Of a DNA stretch of 30,799 nucleotides, positions 17,954-27,497 are shown in pieces (position 1 is the stretch's first letter; every line of letters starts with the position of its first letter). The notes beneath the pieces are model-generated. The model had not been told where the DNA came from, ran no database searches, and worked only from the letters and a program-made list of their open reading frames with translations. Source of the DNA: a candidate division WOR-3 bacterium (lineage in GTDB: Bacteria > Hydrothermota > Hydrothermia > JBDRYB01); NCBI GenBank assembly GCA_049969615.1, contig JBMFOM010000010.1:1-30799 (forward strand), in the 5' to 3' direction. Made by a program: the position numbers and the translations under genes.

Positions 17954-18082
17954 TCAGGCGGTTTTTCCTCCCGAATCGTCGTTATTCCTCTTTCCCGCCA
18001 GCACCTTCCAGAAGCACCAGAAGAACAGGGACCCGACCACTCCCCATGCTATTATCACGAACGCCCAGCCCTGCCAGCTCAC
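17954..18082 (-). CDS. 42-aa small membrane protein, MetS-like NSS small subunit
   Basis: MSWQGWAFVIIAWGVVGSLFFWCFWKVLAGKRNNDDSGGKTA*; GTGA overlap with the NSS stop; SD GGAGGT. Confidence 0.8.
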   Translation of the reverse strand: MSWQGWAFVIIAWGVVGSLFFWCFWKVLAGKRNNDDSGGKTA

Positions 18083-19701
18083 GACGCACCTCCGTTGTTC
18101 TGGCTACGCCTGCCTCGCCAGGCCGAATTTATCATTATGGCAAAGAGCACCGCCACCGCAACCATGAACAGCCTTCCTGTCCACACGCCGATCCCCGAGC
18201 CTATGAAACCATTTAACCATCCGATAAACCCCTGAGTAGCCATCGTTTTTACAGCGGGGGCGATTATGTCCATCACTGTCCAGGCCGCGAGGATGATGAG
18301 GAGGATAACCGGGGTGACGAATTTCGTGATATACATGAAGAGCCTAGGCACCCTTATTAGCGCGTTCTGATGCAGCTCTTCCCACGCCCTGTCCGAACCA
18401 AAGATCCACATCAGAAGGATTACCTCAACGGCCGCGCCGAGGACAAGCCCAAATGTCCCGGCCCAGAAATCCATCTCATCAAGCGCGCCGCGGAGCATTA
18501 TGGGGATATGGGTGAAGATGAGCAAGAATATCCCCAGGGTAAGCGCGGCCCTGAGTTTTGACCAAGCGAACTCGTCCTCCAAGAACGCTATTATTGGCTG
18601 GCTCAGGGCGACTGAGGAGGTTATGCCAGCCAGAAAGAGAAGCCCGAACCATAGGGCAGAGAAGATATTGCCGTATGGTATGGATGAGAATATCGCTGGC
18701 ATTGTTATAAAGCCTAGGTTAAAGGCCCCGCCGGCGGCTATGTCGCGCGCTCCCGCTATGCCGAAGAATACCACCGCGGCCGGAATCGCGATTGAGCCTC
18801 CCAAAATGACTTCAGCGAATTCATTGGCGGAAGCGGTGGCCAGACCGTTCAGGGCTATGTCTTCATCCTCCTTGAGATAGGACGCGTAGGTGATGATGGC
18901 TCCGAAACCAAGGGAAAGGGTAAAGAATATCTGACCCGCGGCCGCGAGCCAGACTGATGGGCGCAGGAGAGCCTCCCATTGCGGTTCCCAAAGGAATGCC
19001 ATGCCAGCGAGGGAGGTTTGGTCCGGATGGACCGGCGCTCCCAGCGTGAAAACCCTTACAACCAGGGCCGCGGCCATCAGGAACAGGACAGGCATGGCTA
19101 TTTTTGCGAGGATCTCTATTCCCTTCTTTATGCCAAGCGAAAGTATCCACACATTCAAGGCAAGGGTAATGATGAAGAAGAAATAACACGCGACCGAGGG
19201 AACGATGATGTTGCCGCCGGCGAGGATGCGGCTTTGTTGATAACCCGAAAGGAAATCCGCGAAAGGCTTGAGAACCTGGGCAACGCCGGTGTCCACGAGC
19301 GCGGGCATCTTGGGCAGTTGACCCACAACCGAGAGTATGCTATAACCCAGGCACCAGCTCTCTATGTATATGTAATAGGTAACTATTATGAGCGGAAACA
19401 GGATACCCATTATGCCCAGGTATTTTGCTATAGGGCTGCGCCAGATGCTCTCATATGCCCCTGGGGTGGAGCTGTGTCCCAGAAGTCCTGCTCTCTTGCC
19501 TATGGTCCATTCAACCCACATCAGGGGAAGGCCTATCAACAGAAAGGAGATGAAATACGGAATCATGAAGGCACCGCCGCCGTTCTTGGCGGCCTGAACC
19601 GGGAAGCGGAGAAAGTTCCCCAGGCCAACGGCATTTCCGGCCATGGCCAGGATGACTCCTAGGCTACTTCCCCAGTGTTCGCGTTTTCTGAGAGGTGTCA
19701 T
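18079..19701 (-). CDS. Sodium-dependent transporter, NSS (LeuT-like) family
   Basis: REHWGS...GNAVGLGNFLRFP...NGGGAFMIPY, GQIFFTLSLGFG, ANEFAEVILGG, AGITSS. Confidence 0.95.
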   Translation of the reverse strand: MTPLRKREHWGSSLGVILAMAGNAVGLGNFLRFPVQAAKNGGGAFMIPYFISFLLIGLPLMWVEWTIGKRAGLLGHSSTPGAYESIWRSPIAKYLGIMGILFPLIIVTYYIYIESWCLGYSILSVVGQLPKMPALVDTGVAQVLKPFADFLSGYQQSRILAGGNIIVPSVACYFFFIITLALNVWILSLGIKKGIEILAKIAMPVLFLMAAALVVRVFTLGAPVHPDQTSLAGMAFLWEPQWEALLRPSVWLAAAGQIFFTLSLGFGAIITYASYLKEDEDIALNGLATASANEFAEVILGGSIAIPAAVVFFGIAGARDIAAGGAFNLGFITMPAIFSSIPYGNIFSALWFGLLFLAGITSSVALSQPIIAFLEDEFAWSKLRAALTLGIFLLIFTHIPIMLRGALDEMDFWAGTFGLVLGAAVEVILLMWIFGSDRAWEELHQNALIRVPRLFMYITKFVTPVILLIILAAWTVMDIIAPAVKTMATQGFIGWLNGFIGSGIGVWTGRLFMVAVAVLFAIMINSAWRGRRSQNNGGAS

Positions 19702-20791
19702 ATGACTGTCGCTCCTTCGGGTTGAGATCTTTTGTGAGCCTGAACCAGGCGTCGTTCCCTACCCTCTTCACCTCCCTCAGATTGAAACAGGGCGCGGACT
19801 CAAGGCTAAATGGCCCGCCGAATGGCGAGAGACCTTTGCCCAAATAACGAGGCGAGACGCAGACAATGAGCTCGTCCAACCACGGACTCTCAATCAGACC
19901 CTTTGCCAGTTTTACTCCTCCCTCAAATAGGATGGAGTTCATGTCCTCTGAGACCGCCTTTCTCAGGATTGCCTCCATGTCCAGATTGTCTCCCATCACC
20001 CATACGCCGTGGCCTTTGGCCTCTATTTCCTTGATTTTATCAGTAGGGGCCTTTGTGGTTGTTATTACTATGGTCCTTCCGTCCGGGTTAAGGACTTTCG
20101 CGGAGAGGGGTATTCTGAGGGATGAATCCAGAACAATCCTCGTGGGCGGCAACGGCGCGTAGGTCTTTCTGGGCGTCAGGAGCGGATCATCCGAGAGAAC
20201 GGTTCCAGCCCCCACGGCAACCGCACAGAACTCCCCCCTGAGGCTGTGGACCATCTCCAGGGATTCCTCAGAGGATAACCACTGACTCTTTCCGGTCTCA
20301 TCAGCCATAAAGCCATCCATGGTGATGGCTATCTTCAAAACGGTGTGTGGGAGGCCGGTTGTATGGCACTTGAAATGGCCGGGGTTTATTGCCTTCGCCT
20401 CGTCCTCCATGAGGCCAACATCAACCTGAATCCCAGCCTGTCTGAGTTGTCTCACGCCCCCGCCGTTGACCTTGGGATTTGGATCAAGCCCCGCGATGAC
20501 AACCCGGCTCAGCCCGGCCTCTATGATCCTGCTCGTGCAGGGTGGCTGGGTTCCGTGGTAGCAGTGGGGTTCCAGCGTCACATACAGGGTTCCATCTCTG
20601 GCGTGTGCTCCTGCCATCAGGATTGCCTCTGCCTCAGCGTGCAGGCTTGTGTGGCCACGATAAAATCCAATACCAACTATACGGCCACCCTTCGTTATGA
20701 CCGCGCCTACGGCCGGCCGTGAGCCAGCAAAAGGTTTCCCTAAAATGGCCAGGTCAAGTGCCCTGGCCATCATTTCTCTATCAATTTCCAC
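19664..20791 (-). CDS. ribD: Bifunctional riboflavin deaminase/reductase
   Basis: VGAVI, HAEAEA, VTLEPHCYHGTQPPC, DPNPKVNGGG, KIAITMDG, VGAGTVLSDDPLLT, FEGG. Confidence 0.93.
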   Translation of the reverse strand: MEIDREMMARALDLAILGKPFAGSRPAVGAVITKGGRIVGIGFYRGHTSLHAEAEAILMAGAHARDGTLYVTLEPHCYHGTQPPCTSRIIEAGLSRVVIAGLDPNPKVNGGGVRQLRQAGIQVDVGLMEDEAKAINPGHFKCHTTGLPHTVLKIAITMDGFMADETGKSQWLSSEESLEMVHSLRGEFCAVAVGAGTVLSDDPLLTPRKTYAPLPPTRIVLDSSLRIPLSAKVLNPDGRTIVITTTKAPTDKIKEIEAKGHGVWVMGDNLDMEAILRKAVSEDMNSILFEGGVKLAKGLIESPWLDELIVCVSPRYLGKGLSPFGGPFSLESAPCFNLREVKRVGNDAWFRLTKDLNPKERQSYDTSQKTRTLGK

Positions 20792-20875
20792 TGGAGGCTA
20801 TTATTATAAACTTTTGTCACGCATGATTTCAAGCATGCGTTGAATATGAATCCTCAAAAATGATACAATATCCAC

Positions 20876-21018
20876 ATGAACACCAAAACCTCATCCTGTT
20901 GACCATAATCTGGTTCTTCAAAATCTCAAAGCTCGCCGGAATCCTGATGATCCCATATATCCTTTGGGTCAGCTTCGCGTCCGTCCTAAACTTGGCCATA
21001 GTTATCCTGAACAGCTAG
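20876..21018 (+). pseudogene. tspO: TspO/MBR-family remnant with internal deletion
   Basis: 20890-21018 reads LILLTIIWFFKISKLAGILMIPYILWVSFASVLNLAIVILNS*, a typical TspO C-terminus; promoter TGnTACAAT-6 nt-ATG 20876 is out of frame. Confidence 0.75.
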
Positions 21019-22181
21019 TCTGCCTTGAGTATTCCTTCCCTGCCAAAGGCCTTCGCAGCCAAGAATACGGCTATCCCCGCATAAACCGAATTTGCGGCCA
21101 GGCTTATGACAAATGGCCACAGCGCGAGGTTTCCCATGAGCACACCCTTGATTGTCATCGCAGTATTATAGACTGGGACAAGCGCGCCCAGTGGGGTCAT
21201 GTGCGCGCCGGGAAACATGCTCGCCATGGCAGGGAATATCACTATAAGGGAAAGAGGCGTCAAATATGTCTGCGCCTCCCGGTAGCTCTTCGCGTAGGAG
21301 GCCAGCGCGACCTCAAGCGACGCGGCGAAAACAGCGAGTGGAAAAACACTTGTGATAAGGACGAGGAAACCAGCAAGGCTCATTGGCATTTCCGCGGTCA
21401 ACTCATTAAGCTCTGGGACCAAGTCCCCCAAGAACATGAAACAGAGGCCGTATGAAGCAAGGTTCAATAATCCGGTGACCAGAGCCGACAGCGCCACAGC
21501 ACTTATCTTGGATGAGACTATGACTCCCCTGGAAACCGGCGCGGAAAGCAGGATCTCCATCGTGTGTCGCTCCCGTTCTCCTGCAACAAGATCCATAGCG
21601 GGATACATTCCGCCGGTAAAGACAAGAAGAACAATGAGGTAGCCCAGCAGTATGCCTAGGATGTAGCCGGCCATCCTCTGCGGAGGAGCAACATTTTCCT
21701 CGGACACCAAAATGGGCCGCCACATCCACGCAGGCGCACCCAGGGTCTCCATGTTACTCCTTATGGTTAACTCACTCAGGGAATCTATCGCGGCGCTGGC
21801 CTTCCCAAGGGAATATCCTGAGGACTCGTCCGAGGCATCGTGATAAAGAATTACGGCAACCGTGCCATCATCGTTCTTTTCCCACCACAGGCCAATGTCA
21901 GCCTTACGCATCTCAACCTCGGCACGGGGGGAATCCGACCAGAACGGCAACAGACCTTTCCGCGTCAAAAGACTATCAAGGCCGGACAGGGGAAATCCTG
22001 GCCTAATGGCAATGGGGTGGGCGGCCTTTTCTATCTTGCTAACAGCGGATGCCGTGAAATATGAGACCGCAAGGAGAATCGTGGGTATAGCGATCAATGG
22101 AACGAAAATCATGCTTATTATTGCCCTCCTGTCCCTGATTATCTCTTTAATCTCCTTGAGAAAAAGAACTCTGAATCTCAT
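21015..22181 (-). CDS. natB: ABC-2 permease, NatB-like
   Basis: KEIKEIIRDRR, AMDLVAGERERHTMEILLSAPVSR...SK, SYAKSYREAQTY. Confidence 0.85.
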   Translation of the reverse strand: MRFRVLFLKEIKEIIRDRRAIISMIFVPLIAIPTILLAVSYFTASAVSKIEKAAHPIAIRPGFPLSGLDSLLTRKGLLPFWSDSPRAEVEMRKADIGLWWEKNDDGTVAVILYHDASDESSGYSLGKASAAIDSLSELTIRSNMETLGAPAWMWRPILVSEENVAPPQRMAGYILGILLGYLIVLLVFTGGMYPAMDLVAGERERHTMEILLSAPVSRGVIVSSKISAVALSALVTGLLNLASYGLCFMFLGDLVPELNELTAEMPMSLAGFLVLITSVFPLAVFAASLEVALASYAKSYREAQTYLTPLSLIVIFPAMASMFPGAHMTPLGALVPVYNTAMTIKGVLMGNLALWPFVISLAANSVYAGIAVFLAAKAFGREGILKAD

Positions 22182-22903
22182 CTGAAACCCCCTACTAGCG
22201 CGAGGTAGACCTCCCTGAGCTTCTGTTTGCCAGTTGTCTGTCTCAGAATAGATATGGTTCCTTCCGCCACAAGGCGGCCTCCGGCTATTACGATCACCCT
22301 GTCCGCCATGAATTCTGCCTCCTCCATAATGTGCGTTGAAACCAGGATTGCCCTACCCTCAGTCCTCATCTCAAGGATGAAATCTTCAACTGCCCTGGCA
22401 GATTCAACATCCAGCCCCTTTGTCGGCTCATCCATGATGAGTATGGGTGGATTGTGCACCAGACACCTGGCGACCGCGACGCGCTGCCTCATTCCGGTGG
22501 AGAGTCTAGCTATTCTCGTATCAACGAAGTCGGACAAGCCGAGTCTCTCAGAAAGATAGCCAATCCTACGCACGAGCTCACCCTTCTGAAGGCCTGACAA
22601 TCTACCGAATATGCTTAGAACCTCTCGTGGGGTTAACCTGTGATAAAGCCCCGAATCGGCTGGCAGAAAACCGAGGAGTGCCTTGGCTTCCTTTGGGGGT
22701 TTGCCAGCTAAGAGGGCCTCGCCCTGATCCGGGATGAGAAGCCCAGAAAGGAGCCTCATTGTTGTTGTCTTTCCCGCGCCATTGGGGCCCAGCAGAGCCA
22801 CAACCTCGCCGGGGTTCACGCGGAAAGATACCCCATCAACCGCCCTTACCCTGCCCCGTTTCTTATCCATGAATGTCTTGGAAAGGCTCTTGGCCTCAAC
22901 CAT
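22178..22903 (-). CDS. natA: ABC ATP-binding protein, NatA-like
   Basis: GPNGAGKTT, GLYHRLT, LSTGMRQRV, DEPTKGLD; ATG 22903 lies 6 nt after TATAAT. Confidence 0.87.
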   Translation of the reverse strand: MVEAKSLSKTFMDKKRGRVRAVDGVSFRVNPGEVVALLGPNGAGKTTTMRLLSGLLIPDQGEALLAGKPPKEAKALLGFLPADSGLYHRLTPREVLSIFGRLSGLQKGELVRRIGYLSERLGLSDFVDTRIARLSTGMRQRVAVARCLVHNPPILIMDEPTKGLDVESARAVEDFILEMRTEGRAILVSTHIMEEAEFMADRVIVIAGGRLVAEGTISILRQTTGKQKLREVYLALVGGFR

Positions 22904-23002
22904 GGTCAAATTATATCGGGTATCCAGGGTCCTCTGCACTAAGGCTTGGCTGAGGCTCATCAAAGCAGGCGTGGGAACCGGTTCATGGGATATAATTTAT
23001 GG

Positions 23003-24133
23003 GTGTTTTCGGCCATACTACCCACTACCAAACCCTCGTTCTCCGAGAGGATAACCGTATTGGCTGGAGAGCCAAGTGAGGTCTATACCGGCAAGAATTT
23101 ATCCTGGGATGCCCTGCGTTCCCTTTCAGTAAAGGGGTTTATGGTGGGTTATCTGTCCTATGACCTGGCCGAGGATATGCTCGGCCTCGGGAGGGGAAGA
23201 GGGCCCTTACCCAGATTTTGGTTCGGACTATACGACAACCTAACCGTAAAGGACGAGATAACGGGGAAATGGTTCATTTGGCACCTGGATGGATCAAAGG
23301 AACCTTGGCCTGCCTTGAGCTTGCCGGCGGGTGGGAATTTCAGGATTTGGCTCCGGGATTTTGACCAGTCCGCGGAAAACTACACCAGAACAATAAGGAA
23401 AATGAAGGAAGAGATAGCTAATGGCCACTACTATCAGGCAAACTATACGATAAGGGCACGCTTTGGGTTTTCGGGCAGTCCGCTCGGGCTTTTCCGCGCG
23501 CTCCTCAGAAAACAGCCCGTGCCCTATGGAGCATATCTGGACACGGGCAGTGGTTTGGTCATAAGCGGTTCGCCAGAGCTGTTTCTGCGCGTCAATAACC
23601 GTACCGCCACTACAAAACCAATGAAGGGGACACTCGCTCGCGGCTCCGGTGGAAGACAAAGGCTCTTCCGGTCAGAGAAAGACAGGGCAGAGAACCTGAT
23701 GATAGCGGACATAGCAAGGCATGATCTCGGCCGCATCTCGGATTGTGTAAGGGTGAAAAGGCTTTTCAGGGTTGAGAATTATGCGACGGTGTATCAGATG
23801 GTCTCAGTTATTGAAGCGGATCTCTCGCCGGGCAAAGACGCCTGGGATGCAGTGGAATCATGTTTTCCGCCAGCGTCGGTGACCGGCGCGCCCAAGTCCT
23901 CCGCGACTGAAGCCATAGCCAGGCACGAAGCGAGTCCCAGGGGGGTCTATACCGGAATAATCGGCTACACAGCGCCATGGGGCGATGCCTGTTTCTCGGT
24001 GGCAATAAGGACATGCGAGCTTCTGGGTGATCTTTTGCTTTACGGCACCGGTGGTGGAATAACATTCGCATCGGAACCAGAATCAGAATGGCAGGAGTGC
24101 ATGACAAAGATGGCCGCGCTGGAGGGGCTATAA
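23003..24133 (+). CDS. pabB: Aminodeoxychorismate synthase component I
   Basis: GYLSYD, YQANYT, SPELFL, KPMKGT, EKDRAENLMIAD, FPPASVTGAPK, GTGGGIT; GTG 23003 lies 6 nt after TATAAT. Confidence 0.88.
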   Translation: MFSAILPTTKPSFSERITVLAGEPSEVYTGKNLSWDALRSLSVKGFMVGYLSYDLAEDMLGLGRGRGPLPRFWFGLYDNLTVKDEITGKWFIWHLDGSKEPWPALSLPAGGNFRIWLRDFDQSAENYTRTIRKMKEEIANGHYYQANYTIRARFGFSGSPLGLFRALLRKQPVPYGAYLDTGSGLVISGSPELFLRVNNRTATTKPMKGTLARGSGGRQRLFRSEKDRAENLMIADIARHDLGRISDCVRVKRLFRVENYATVYQMVSVIEADLSPGKDAWDAVESCFPPASVTGAPKSSATEAIARHEASPRGVYTGIIGYTAPWGDACFSVAIRTCELLGDLLLYGTGGGITFASEPESEWQECMTKMAALEGL

Positions 24134-25354
24134 CCCCTTCCTGGCCACTACCAAAAACTCTGATTCCATTCCCATGGGGTTCAGGTTCTTACGGCCTCTA
24201 AAAAGCTTCCTGTTGGCTATCCTATCCTTAAAAACTTCAATAAGTTGCAAACCCCTATTTTCTAAATGATCAGCTATCACCCGCCAGATGGGAACCTCCT
24301 TTCCTTGAGTCTTGGGGGATCCGAGAAACACGCAAATATGGCCACCCGGCAAGAGATTCTCAAGAGTCAAGTCAAATGCTTTCAGCAAGTAGTAAAAATA
24401 GGAAATTGCCAGAGCTGAACTGACGATTCCCTCAATCAAAGGATATTCTCTCCACCAATCCGTGGGTGGTCTCTTATATTATGGAATTTCACTTCTTGCG
24501 AGCCTTTTTATCTCCTTCTCGGAGTATCCTAGCCAATAGAGGTCAATCTTGCTTGTCCTCAGATATTCCTGGGCCTGAAGATACGGAGGTGAAGTTACGA
24601 CCAAATCGTATCTAACTCCAGGGAACTCCCCCGGTTCAGAGATGTCTATTCCGTTGTAGATCTCATATTTGGGTTCCCTTGCGAGGCCCCTGACAAAGTG
24701 GTTGAACTCGGTAACCCTCGCCAAGTATTCCCTGGCTGTTTTTTCCAGCCGAGCCCTCATGACCGCTTTCCAATCTCCATTAAGAATTTCCTGAAGCTCC
24801 TCTGTCTTTCTCTTGCTTTTGAAGAGCTTGGGGGCCTTGTCCTCGTCCCAGGAAAACAGTCTGGAAATTCTCAGAAGCGCGAAAATGAGAATTGACTTGA
24901 GAGGGGATTGTAACCCTTCCAGGTTCCCCCATCTGTTCATCAGCTCCTCCAGAACAGGGGCCTCATACCAGTAGCCCATGCTTTTCCAGCTGGGCACAAA
25001 TCTTCCGTTCCCACTTTCCAGAGCCGCCAGACACCTGTCCAGTTCCGCGCGCCAGTCTTTATGCGGATCCAGGCGTAGTAGCTTCACTTCGGCCAGATGC
25101 TTGAGTATGGGGTTTATGTCAGCCAGCGCGAAATCCAGACCGCTCATATAAGCCTCCACTCCTGCTGTCCCGGAACCCCCGAATGGATCAAAAAGACGCG
25201 TGCCCGGCCCTCGGGAATAATTCTCAATGCAATACCTGACCACATGAGGGATGAACTTAGCAGGGTAATAGTAGATCCCATGAGTCGCGTAGGTAGTGGA
25301 CACCGGATACATGTCCCTAAAAATCACGGGCCTTGCCCCAAGGACTTCCTTCAT
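24128..25354 (-). pseudogene. Amino DNA methyltransferase (probably N4-cytosine, alpha motif order) with an in-frame TAA
   Basis: THGIYYYPAKFIP, DPFGGSGT (motif I), VTSPPY (motif IV); single TAA at 24479-24481, same frame continues to 24128. Confidence 0.85.
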
Positions 25355-25435
25355 AATGCTAAATGTTAATCATAACCTACTCACGGATAGATAATCAACT
25401 TGATGAAGAGTCCAGGAGTCTGGTATACTTTCCCC

Positions 25436-25891
25436 ATGAACATAACTAGGACACGTTTAGCCAATAAGAAAAAAGCCCTGGAGTTTGTCCTTGAGTGCTC
25501 ACCGGACATCGGCCTCGTGAAAGACAAACTGGATGGTGAATCCGTCCTCCGGCTGATAGTTGGAGCCATAAGGGGATTGGAGTGCGCACAGCCGATCGCC
25601 AAAGGAAATGCTTCGCTTTACGAGACTTCACGAGAAAAGATTGAAAAGTGGCTTGTGGAAAGACTTTCTCCCAATCTTATAGAAATAAACCCCGAGAAAG
25701 ATAAGGATTTTTACAGGCTCCTTCTTTTCTCGCTGCTAATGCCCTACAAAATGCGCGTAGGCAAAAGCAGGGCAACAATCACTGAATTTACTGACAGGAG
25801 CAAATCGCGAGGGACACTTCAAATTATCTCGGACCATTCTCGCGCGAGGATTGGCAGGGGCTTTTGTCCAGTCTTTTTAGAGAATAGATGA
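25436..25891 (+). pseudogene. Probable truncated type II restriction endonuclease (N-terminal part)
   Basis: Divergent from the MTase; ends in a degenerate QIISDH...RIG segment resembling the helix before a PD-(D/E)xK core; TATACT 6 nt before ATG. Confidence 0.45.
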
Positions 25892-26607
25892 ACTCCCTCC
25901 TCCACGGCCTCGGCCTTTTTGAGACCATTCGGGTCTCCGGCGGCATACCGGAGTTCTTGGAACTTCACATAGAGAGAATTAAAGGTTCCGCACGTTTTCT
26001 GGGCCTTGGTTTCTCAGAAATAGATTTCGTCAACGCGCTCACGGAAGCACTGGCTGACCGGTCCCCTGACCTGGATTGGAAAGTCAGGATAACTCTATTC
26101 TTGGACGAGGGGTCCCGTTATCTGGCCAAAGCGGAACCTCTGGGGTCGGTCCCGGAAATTGTCGATCTGGTGCTTTCGGATTACGGGGTTTTCTCCGAAA
26201 ACCCACTCTGTAAGCACAAGACAACATCGCGACTCCTCTATCACCTTGCCCAACAAGACGCTGAGGCACAGGGATGCTGGGACTCGGTTCTCCTGAACGA
26301 GCGGGGCGAGATAGCCGAGACAGGGAGGGCAAACCTGTTTTTCCTTGTTGATGATGATCTGCTTACACCACCAATATCATCCGGTGTTCTGCCGGGGATA
26401 ACAAGGCGCGTTATCCTCGCGACCGGAATGGCGAGGGAAAGCGTCTTGCGACCCTATGATATAAGGCGCGCGAGGGCGGCCTTTCTGACTAATTCCCTGA
26501 TAAGGGTGGTGGGTATTTCTCAAATACGCGGCCTGGAATACAAGCCGGATCCAGAGGCACTTGAAAATGGCACCCAGGAAATGAGAGAGGCCCTGATTCT
26601 GGGATAA
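25888..26607 (+). CDS. pabC: Aminotransferase class IV / aminodeoxychorismate lyase
   Basis: HGLGLFETIRV, HIERI, HKTTS, ETGRANLF, LPGITR, FLTNSL; near pabB. Confidence 0.85.
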   Translation: MNSLLHGLGLFETIRVSGGIPEFLELHIERIKGSARFLGLGFSEIDFVNALTEALADRSPDLDWKVRITLFLDEGSRYLAKAEPLGSVPEIVDLVLSDYGVFSENPLCKHKTTSRLLYHLAQQDAEAQGCWDSVLLNERGEIAETGRANLFFLVDDDLLTPPISSGVLPGITRRVILATGMARESVLRPYDIRRARAAFLTNSLIRVVGISQIRGLEYKPDPEALENGTQEMREALILG

Positions 26608-26689
26608 TCTGCCAACAGACCAAAGCCTGGGCCGGAAAACCTGTTCTTGCGGTTAGATTCCCCATGAGGCCTCGCCTTATCATATCGGG

Positions 26690-27448
26690 GTGATTAAACC
26701 CGGTCAGCCCATACTTCTCTGGGAGCCAAAATCTTCGTTCCTGATCGCCTACGAAGCCAGCAGGCGCCTTGACACACACAGGGGATTTCTGATCCTGCCG
26801 GAAAGACTATCATATGGCCAGGCTGTTGAGACTTCAACCGGACAAAGGTTCTGGGCTTTGGTGCCCTCGCTGTCCGAGCTCTCCATGAAGGTCAAAAGGA
26901 CAACAACCATACTCTATCCCAAGGATATAGGCTACCTGATAATGGAAACGGGGATTTCGTCGGGTCAGCGTGTCCTTGAGGTAGGCACGGGGTCTGGCGC
27001 GCTGACCCTAGTCCTGGCGAGCATGGTCGGCGAGGATGGCAAAGTCTATTCGTTTGAACGCAGGCCTGAGTTCCTTGAAAACGCAAAGAAAAATGTAGAA
27101 AAGTGGGGCCTGGGGGACAGGGTTGAGTTCATTCAGAGAGATCCGGCTGAGCAGGGCTTTGGAATAAGCGATATCAGCACTGCAATCATTGATGTGCCAG
27201 AGCCATGGACCATTGTCGGGCCAGCCCGCGAGGCCATCGGAGGCGGGGGATTCTGGGCCTCGCTGTCTCCCTGTATTGAACAGGTCATTCGGGTTACCGA
27301 GGAGCTGGAGGGAGCCGGTTTCGTGGCGACCAAGACCATTGAGCTCCTTGAAAGGGAAATCCTTATACGGCCTGGAAAAACCAGGCCACGCGAACGCATG
27401 ATCTCACATACCGGCTACCTGACGGTGGCCAGAAAGACATCACCCTGA
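26690..27448 (+). CDS. trmI: tRNA (adenine58-N1)-methyltransferase
   Basis: KRTTTILYPKD, VLEVGTGSGALT, IDVPEPW, SPCIEQV, RMISHTGYL. Confidence 0.93.
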   Translation: MIKPGQPILLWEPKSSFLIAYEASRRLDTHRGFLILPERLSYGQAVETSTGQRFWALVPSLSELSMKVKRTTTILYPKDIGYLIMETGISSGQRVLEVGTGSGALTLVLASMVGEDGKVYSFERRPEFLENAKKNVEKWGLGDRVEFIQRDPAEQGFGISDISTAIIDVPEPWTIVGPAREAIGGGGFWASLSPCIEQVIRVTEELEGAGFVATKTIELLEREILIRPGKTRPRERMISHTGYLTVARKTSP

Positions 27449-27497
27449 AAATCACACCAGGTGAGCTGGAATAGGATGATCCCTTATAATATTCTCT

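Noticed and set aside
24479-24481. Two separate genes, or TAA recoding, in the MTase
   Set aside because: The downstream part is in frame, lacks an SD and completes the enzyme; a 3-nt duplication explains the stop
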